Notes under the pieces: generated by a model
The model's input: only the letters and a program-made list of their open reading frames with translations
What the model was told of the DNA's origin: nothing
Database searches by the model: none
Source of the DNA: Bacillota bacterium
Lineage (GTDB): Bacteria > Bacillota > Clostridia > Oscillospirales > Ruminococcaceae
Reading direction: 5' to 3'
NCBI GenBank assembly: GCA_029572815.1
Contig: JAKPUQ010000060.1
Span: 13,274-77,273, forward strand
DNA length: 64,000 bases
In this document: one piece after another, positions 58,454-64,000 of the stretch
Layout of the letters: the number at the start of each line of letters is the position of its first letter
How positions within the stretch are numbered: position 1 is the stretch's first letter
Position numbers and translations under genes: made by a program

Positions 58454-59409
58454 TAAACAGAGCAAAGCAGCTTCTGGCTGACGGCACCGTAAACCGTGTA
58501 ATCGGCTGGAAGAGGGGAGAGTTCGTGTATGATGTTACTCCCGCAATTTTTGAAACTGCCGAGGAGCTTGATGCTGAGTTCGTTTACGACGACTTTACGG
58601 CAGCAAACGTATCAAAATATCTTGTAAAGGAATGTAAAAAGGAAGGCAAGATTCTTGCTTTTTTGAAGCCCTGTGATACTTACAGCTTTAATCAGCTTAC
58701 CAAGGAGCACAGAGTTGTACGCGATAACGTTTATATTATAGGAATTCCCGGTGGTCCCAAGCTTGATGCCGAAAAGATAAAGGCAAAGGGAATCACAGGC
58801 ATACTTGGCGCTAAAAACGATAACGGAACATTTGTTATAGAAACCCTCTATGGTGAGGAGAAAATGCCTTATTATGAAGCCCTCAGTACAAAGTGTGAGA
58901 GCTGCAAGAGCAAAAAACACGTTGTGTATGACGAGCTTATCGGTGATGACGGAGAAGTTCTTGAGTCTGACCGCTTCGATATGGTGGAGAAGCTTGAGAA
59001 TATGTCTGCTCAGGAAAGATATGACTTCTGGAGAGAGCAGCTTTCCAAATGTATCCGCTGCAATGCCTGCCGTAATGTCTGTCCTGCCTGCACTTGTGAA
59101 AAGTGCGTGTTCGATAATCCTGACTCAGGCGTTGAGAACAAGGCTCCCGCAGACAGCTTTGAGGAGAATATGTTCCACATAATCCGTGCATTCCATGTTG
59201 CGGGAAGATGTACGGACTGCGGCGAGTGCTCGAGAGTTTGCCCTCAGAATATCCCGCTTCATCTGCTCAACAGGAAGTTCATCAAGGACATCAATTCTCT
59301 GTATGGCAATTATCAGGCAGGTGAGGATACTACCTCAAGAGCTCCTCTTAACGATTACAAGACCGATGACTGCGAAGCAAGTATCGTTCATGAAAGGGGA
59401 GTTGAGTAA
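58438..59409 (+). CDS. flxC: FlxC-like 4Fe-4S protein
   Basis: CIRCNACRNVCPAC-C--C and RCTDCGECSRVCP; position matches hdr-flxDCBA clusters. Confidence 0.75.
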   Translation: MQEAMINRAKQLLADGTVNRVIGWKRGEFVYDVTPAIFETAEELDAEFVYDDFTAANVSKYLVKECKKEGKILAFLKPCDTYSFNQLTKEHRVVRDNVYIIGIPGGPKLDAEKIKAKGITGILGAKNDNGTFVIETLYGEEKMPYYEALSTKCESCKSKKHVVYDELIGDDGEVLESDRFDMVEKLENMSAQERYDFWREQLSKCIRCNACRNVCPACTCEKCVFDNPDSGVENKAPADSFEENMFHIIRAFHVAGRCTDCGECSRVCPQNIPLHLLNRKFIKDINSLYGNYQAGEDTTSRAPLNDYKTDDCEASIVHERGVE

Positions 59410-60428
59410 TGCTGAAAATATCACTTGATAGAATAAATGAACTCTTTGAAGCTATCTCAGCTTCTCAGACGCTGTATATCCCCACAGACCGTGAGGACGG
59501 TGCTGCTGAATACAGAAAGTACGAGAGTGGCATGAAGCTCAGTAATGCCCTCAATACAGTAAGAAGTGCCAAGGACTTCTTCTTTCCTCAGACCGAAAAC
59601 CTCGTTGACTTCAAAATGGAAGGCAAAAATATCGAGGTAATAGATATTCGCAAGGAATCAGAAGATTTTGTTATCTTTGGAGCACGTGCCTGCGATGCAA
59701 GAAGCTTCACTATTCTTGACAAGGTCTTTCTTGCTGAACCTGTGGACAGCTACTATAAGACACGCCGCGAGCATGGTACAGTTGTAACTATGGCTTGTAC
59801 ACGTCCTTCCGAGACCTGCTTCTGCGGAGTTTTCGGCATAGACGCTACAGCTCCCGAGGGCGACGCTGCCTGCTGGAGCGACGGTGAGAGCATTTTCTTT
59901 GAGGCTCACAACGAAAAGGGAAAGAAATTCATTGACTCTATCTCATCTCTTCTTGAGGATGGAGATACCGCAAAGCTTGAGGAGACACGTGAAAAGACCA
60001 GAGCTATTCTTAAAAAGCTTCCTCTTGCGGGTCTTTCTACCGAGTCATTCGGCGGCGAACGCATGATGGAGCACTTCAACTCTGAAAAGTGGGGAGAACT
60101 TTCAGAGAGCTGTCTCGGCTGCGGAACCTGTACATTTGTATGCCCCACCTGCCAGTGCTATGACATTAAGGACTTCAATACCGGTCACGGCATAAAGCGC
60201 TTCCGCTGCTGGGATTCATGTATGTACTCCGATTTCACAAAGATGGCTCATGGTAATCCCAGACTTACCCAGCTTGAGCGCTTCCGCCAGAGATTTATGC
60301 ATAAGCTTGTGTATTTCCCTGCGAACAATAACGGCGAATTCGGATGTGTAGGCTGCGGAAGATGCTTATCAAAGTGTCCGATTTCCATGAATATCGTCAA
60401 GGTAATGAAAGCATTGGAGGTAAAGTGA
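59409..60428 (+). CDS. flxB: FlxB/AsrA-like 4Fe-4S protein
   Basis: G-R-CD, C----ETCFC, CLGCGTCTFVCPTCQC, RCWDSC, CVGCGRCLSKCP. Confidence 0.78.
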   Translation: MLKISLDRINELFEAISASQTLYIPTDREDGAAEYRKYESGMKLSNALNTVRSAKDFFFPQTENLVDFKMEGKNIEVIDIRKESEDFVIFGARACDARSFTILDKVFLAEPVDSYYKTRREHGTVVTMACTRPSETCFCGVFGIDATAPEGDAACWSDGESIFFEAHNEKGKKFIDSISSLLEDGDTAKLEETREKTRAILKKLPLAGLSTESFGGERMMEHFNSEKWGELSESCLGCGTCTFVCPTCQCYDIKDFNTGHGIKRFRCWDSCMYSDFTKMAHGNPRLTQLERFRQRFMHKLVYFPANNNGEFGCVGCGRCLSKCPISMNIVKVMKALEVK

Positions 60429-61255
60429 TGAATAATGATGCATTGATACCTTACATAGGAGTAGTTACCGATATAAGACAGGATACTCCCGACGTAAAGA
60501 CATTCAGGGTAGTTTCTCCTGAGGGCGGTAAGGTATTCGAGCATATGCCCGGACAGTGCGCTATGCTCTCGATCCCCGGTGTCGGCGAGGGTATGTTCTC
60601 AATAACTTCTTCTCCTACAAATAAGGATTTTATGGAGTTCAGCATAAAGAAGTGCGGCTGCCTTACAACATGGCTTCACGCTATGGACGTTGGTCAGCAG
60701 ATAACTATCCGCGGACCTTACGGAAATCATTTCCCGGTCGAGACTGAACTCAAGGGCAAAGACCTGCTGTTTATCGCAGGCGGTATCGGACTTGCACCGC
60801 TTCGTTCAGTTATCAATTATGTCCGCGACAACCGTTCTGACTACGGCGATGTGCAGATAGTTTACGGTTCACGTTCAAAGGACGATCTCGTTGACTACAA
60901 GGAGATAATTGACGAGTGGATGGCTGACGAGGGAATAGAGGTAAACCTCACAATAGACAATCCTCAGGAAGGCTGGGACGGTCATGTCGGATTCGTTCCA
61001 AATTATGTCAAGGAGCTCAATCCTTCCATAAATAAAACAGTTCTTATATGCGGTCCTCCCATAATGATAAAGTTTACTCTTGCAGGACTGAAAGAGCTTG
61101 GCTTTACAGAGACTCAGGTATATACAACTATGGAGCTTCGCATGAAGTGTGCCGTAGGAAAGTGCGGACGCTGCAATATCGGCAGCAAGTACGTCTGCAA
61201 GGACGGACCTGTTTTCCGCTTTGATCAGCTTGATGAGCTGCCTGATGAATATTAA
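60428..61255 (+). CDS. flxA: FlxA/AsrB-like FAD/NAD(P)H oxidoreductase with a [2Fe-2S] cluster
   Basis: PGQ--M, IRGPYGN-F, AGGIGLAPLR, CGPPIM, MKCAVGKCGRC...CKDGPVF. Confidence 0.82.
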   Translation: MNNDALIPYIGVVTDIRQDTPDVKTFRVVSPEGGKVFEHMPGQCAMLSIPGVGEGMFSITSSPTNKDFMEFSIKKCGCLTTWLHAMDVGQQITIRGPYGNHFPVETELKGKDLLFIAGGIGLAPLRSVINYVRDNRSDYGDVQIVYGSRSKDDLVDYKEIIDEWMADEGIEVNLTIDNPQEGWDGHVGFVPNYVKELNPSINKTVLICGPPIMIKFTLAGLKELGFTETQVYTTMELRMKCAVGKCGRCNIGSKYVCKDGPVFRFDQLDELPDEY

Positions 61256-61270
61256 GGAGGAGAATTTAGC

Positions 61271-61954
61271 ATGGATAATATGTTGAATGTTTACCTGTTC
61301 GGCAAGAGATATCAGGTGCCCGCAGGTCTTACGATAATGACAGCTATGGAATATGCAGGCTACGAGCTTGTAAGAGGCTGCGGCTGCCGTAACGGCTTCT
61401 GCGGTGCCTGCGCTACCATTTACAGAATAAAGGGAGAGATAGAGCTCCACGGATGCCTTGCCTGTCAGACTGAGATACAGGAAGGAATGTACGTTGCCAC
61501 ACTTCCTTTCTTCCCGCTTGAAAAGAGAGTATACAATATCGAGGAGATAAAGCCCACACAGCAGATAATGATGCAGCTCTATCCCGAGATATACAGCTGT
61601 ATCGGCTGCAATGCCTGCACAAAGGCTTGTACTCAGGAGCTCAATGTTATGCAGTATATCGCATACGCTCAGAGAGGCGAGTATGACAAGTGTGCAGAGG
61701 AGAGCTTTGACTGCGTAATGTGCGGCGTATGTTCATCACGCTGTCCCGCAGGTATCTCTCATCCTCAGGTAGCAATGCTTGCAAGACGCCTCAACGGAAA
61801 GTATATCGCTCCCGAGTGCGGTCATCTTGCAGACAGGGTAAATGAGATAAACGAGGGTATCTTTGATGAGAAGATAGCCGAGCTTATGACAAAGGCTGTA
61901 GATAACCTTGAAGAGATCAAGGATATGTACAACCATCGTGAGATCGAGAAGTAA
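61271..61954 (+). CDS. frdB: Fumarate reductase/SDH iron-sulfur-like subunit ([2Fe-2S] plus 2x[4Fe-4S])
   Basis: CRNGFCGAC...CLAC, then CIGCNACTKAC and CVMCGVCSSRCP. Confidence 0.75.
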   Translation: MDNMLNVYLFGKRYQVPAGLTIMTAMEYAGYELVRGCGCRNGFCGACATIYRIKGEIELHGCLACQTEIQEGMYVATLPFFPLEKRVYNIEEIKPTQQIMMQLYPEIYSCIGCNACTKACTQELNVMQYIAYAQRGEYDKCAEESFDCVMCGVCSSRCPAGISHPQVAMLARRLNGKYIAPECGHLADRVNEINEGIFDEKIAELMTKAVDNLEEIKDMYNHREIEK

Positions 61955-61966
61955 GGGGGAGAGAAG

Positions 61967-63568
61967 ATGTACAAGATAGAAAAGCTTAATGAACTTGCAA
62001 AGGTAGTTGCAGAGAAAAGAGCTGAGAATGCAGCTCTCGAACCCAGACGTATGACAGCTGAGGAAAAGGACGACCTTCTTGCTCATTTCCACCCCGATTA
62101 CAAGCAGGACGAGTTCACAGTTCTTTCAGCAGGCGTAAATAAGGGCGATAAGGTCCCCACACAGCTTGCAGCTCTTCTTCAGGGCAAGAGCAGGATCACT
62201 GCTGCCGATGTAGACCTGTCAGCTCCCGATTATGATACAGATGTACTTATTATCGGAGGCGGCGGTGCTGGTGCTTCAGCAGCTATCGAGGCTGACGAAG
62301 CTGGTGTCAAGACAATGATCGTTACTAAGCTTCGTATCGGTGATGCAAATACAATGATGGCAGAGGGCGGTATCCAGGCTGCTGACAAGCCCAATGACTC
62401 TCCCGCTATCCACTTTCTTGACGCTTTCGGCGGCGGACATTTCGCTGCTAAGCCCGAGCTCGTAAAGAAGCTTGTTACAAAGGCTCCTGAGGCTATCCAG
62501 TGGCTCAATAAGCTTGGTGTAGAGTTCGACAAGGAACCAGATGGTACAATGGTCACAACTCACGGCGGCGGTACTTCGAGAAAGAGAATGCACGCTGCAA
62601 AGGACTACTCAGGTGCTGAGATAATGCGTACACTTCGCGATGAGGTCATCAATCGTGGTATTCCCGTTATTGACTTCACAGCTGCGATCGAGATAATCCT
62701 TGACGAAAACGGCAAGGCAGCAGGCGCTGTTCTTATGAACATGGAGACCAAGGAGCTTCTTGTTGCAAGAGCGAAGACGGTTATAATCGCAACAGGCGGT
62801 GCAGGAAGACTTCACTATCAGGGCTTCCCAACATCAAACCACTACGGCGCTACAGCTGATGGACTTATACTCGGCTACCGTGTAGGTGCAAAGCTCCTTT
62901 ATGCAGACACACTCCAGTATCATCCTACAGGAACAGGCTACCCTGAGCAGATATTCGGCGCACTGGTTACCGAGAAGGTACGTTCGCTTGGTGCAAAGCT
63001 TGTCAACATAGACGGTGATGTATTCATGCATCCCCTTGAGACAAGAGATGTTACCGCAGCTTCTATTATCCGCGAGTGTACAGCCCGCGACAAGGGTATA
63101 GAGACTAACCTCGGAAAGGCTATCTGGCTCGATACACCTATGATAGAACTTATCCACGGTGAAGGAACTATCGAAAAGCGTATACCTGCCATGATGAGGA
63201 TGTTCGGCAAGTACGGTATCGATATCCGCAAGGAGCCTATCCTTGTTTATCCCACACTTCACTACCAGAATGGCGGTCTTGATATTACTGATGACTGTGC
63301 AACAGGCGTAGAGAATCTTTACGCAGCAGGTGAGGTAGCAGGCGGCATCCACGGACGTAACCGTCTCATGGGCAATTCTCTCCTTGATGTTATCGTATTC
63401 GGCAGAAATGCAGGAATCTACGCATCAGCCAAGGCTAAGGAGTCTTCTGAGCCTCAGGGACTTACTCTCGGACATATTGAGAAGTTCAATAAGGAACTTG
63501 AAGCTGCAGGTGTTGCAGGCGACACAGCTTCACCTATGCTTCTTCCTCATTACGCAAGAAAGAAATAA
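61967..63568 (+). CDS. frdA: Soluble fumarate reductase flavoprotein-like subunit
   Basis: GGGGAG; dicarboxylate-site motifs QYHPT, ETRD, HYQNGG and HGRNRLMGNSL; no His for covalent FAD (ANTMMAEGG). Confidence 0.82.
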   Translation: MYKIEKLNELAKVVAEKRAENAALEPRRMTAEEKDDLLAHFHPDYKQDEFTVLSAGVNKGDKVPTQLAALLQGKSRITAADVDLSAPDYDTDVLIIGGGGAGASAAIEADEAGVKTMIVTKLRIGDANTMMAEGGIQAADKPNDSPAIHFLDAFGGGHFAAKPELVKKLVTKAPEAIQWLNKLGVEFDKEPDGTMVTTHGGGTSRKRMHAAKDYSGAEIMRTLRDEVINRGIPVIDFTAAIEIILDENGKAAGAVLMNMETKELLVARAKTVIIATGGAGRLHYQGFPTSNHYGATADGLILGYRVGAKLLYADTLQYHPTGTGYPEQIFGALVTEKVRSLGAKLVNIDGDVFMHPLETRDVTAASIIRECTARDKGIETNLGKAIWLDTPMIELIHGEGTIEKRIPAMMRMFGKYGIDIRKEPILVYPTLHYQNGGLDITDDCATGVENLYAAGEVAGGIHGRNRLMGNSLLDVIVFGRNAGIYASAKAKESSEPQGLTLGHIEKFNKELEAAGVAGDTASPMLLPHYARKK

Positions 63569-63575
63569 TTAAAAA

Positions 63576-63596
63576 GGGACGCCGTAATGGCGTCCC
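63576..63596. other. GC-rich hairpin with no U tract on the + strand
   Basis: GGGACGCC-GTAAT-GGCGTCCC, preceded by A5 and followed by GAAAT. Confidence 0.6.
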
Positions 63597-63634
63597 GAAA
63601 TATGTATTTATAAAAGAAAGTTAAGTGATAAATA

Positions 63635-64000
63635 ATGGATTTTTTCAACGGAATTCTTTCTATTCACGGCGTTTCATTCCTGATGATCTCGGTAATTGCC
63701 ATTGCTGCTCTCGGTTACATTCTCGGAAGGATTACAATAAAAGGTATCTCTCTCGGTACCGCAGGCGTATTTATAGTGGCTCTTATCTATGGCTGTATTT
63801 TCTATAAACAGCTTTCTGATGAAATAAATACCGACTTCGTAGGAAATGCCCTGAAGATAGTTGACAATCTCGGACTTATTCTTTTTGTGACAGCTGTTGG
63901 CTTTATTGCAGGACCTAATTTTTTCGGCAATTTCAAGAAAAACTTCAAATCCTATGTGCTTCTGGCGATAATTATTATACTCAGCGGCGGACTTGCATGT
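63635..64000 (+). CDS. AspT/YidE/YbjL-family transporter, 3'-truncated by the window edge (not in the ORF track)
   Basis: My translation from ATG 63635 is MDFFNGILSIHGVSFLMISVIAIAALGYILGRITIKGISLGTAGVFIVAL...LGLILFVTAVGFIAGPNFF. G--LG-I-I-GISLG-AGV and GL-LFV-AVG---GP-FF are family signatures. Confidence 0.85.
   Translation, partial: MDFFNGILSIHGVSFLMISVIAIAALGYILGRITIKGISLGTAGVFIVALIYGCIFYKQLSDEINTDFVGNALKIVDNLGLILFVTAVGFIAGPNFFGNFKKNFKSYVLLAIIIILSGGLAC

Noticed and set aside
58007-61255. Reading these genes as a NiFe hydrogenase (Mvh/Hyd) or anaerobic sulfite reductase (Asr)
   Set aside because: No hydrogenase large or small subunit and no siroheme AsrC subunit are present. The order fits flxDCBA.
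61967-63568. Flavoprotein as L-aspartate oxidase NadB
   Set aside because: No nadA or nadC nearby; it is paired with an FrdB-like Fe-S gene and fumC. Not fully excluded without an assay.
63625-63807. 60-aa ORF listed in the ORF track
   Set aside because: Wrong frame; the frame starting at ATG 63635 encodes a recognisable transporter.
1-64000. CRISPR arrays, IS elements, prophage and rRNA
   Set aside because: I saw no regularly spaced repeats, transposase, integrase or phage motifs, or rRNA-like sequence.

Overview
Core-chromosome window of an anaerobic Firmicute, most likely a cellulosome-producing Ruminococcus of the R. flavefaciens type. This is an inference from a typical type-I dockerin at ~42.0-42.2 kb and from the gene content. 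Left to right: the tail of an ABC-2 permease/histidine kinase module; a TPP-riboswitch thiamine operon (thiS-thiF-thiG-GNAT-thiH-tenI/thiE-thiE-tatD, with tatD frameshifted); an unannotated 19-aa Cys-rich peptide gene with its own promoter; tspO; a set of cell-wall enzymes, many with degenerate catalytic motifs; addBA; pgi; yceD-rpmF-DUF512-der-plsY-gpsA-asnB-like; hom, rarA and glyA; a four-gene dockerin cassette; tRNA-Pro(GGG); a UDP-sugar pyrophosphorylase; an ABC exporter pair (one gene frameshifted in homopolymers); and aconitase-icd-rex. The most notable locus is the operon-like run at 53.4-64 kb: fumC, hdrBCA, mvhD/flxD, flxCBA, a soluble FrdB/FrdA-like pair, and an AspT/YidE-family transporter. 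It looks like a complete cytoplasmic, probably electron-bifurcating, NADH:fumarate/ferredoxin succinate-producing module with no membrane anchor. I saw no CRISPR array, integrase, transposase or rRNA. All product calls come from recognising motifs by eye; no database searches were run.
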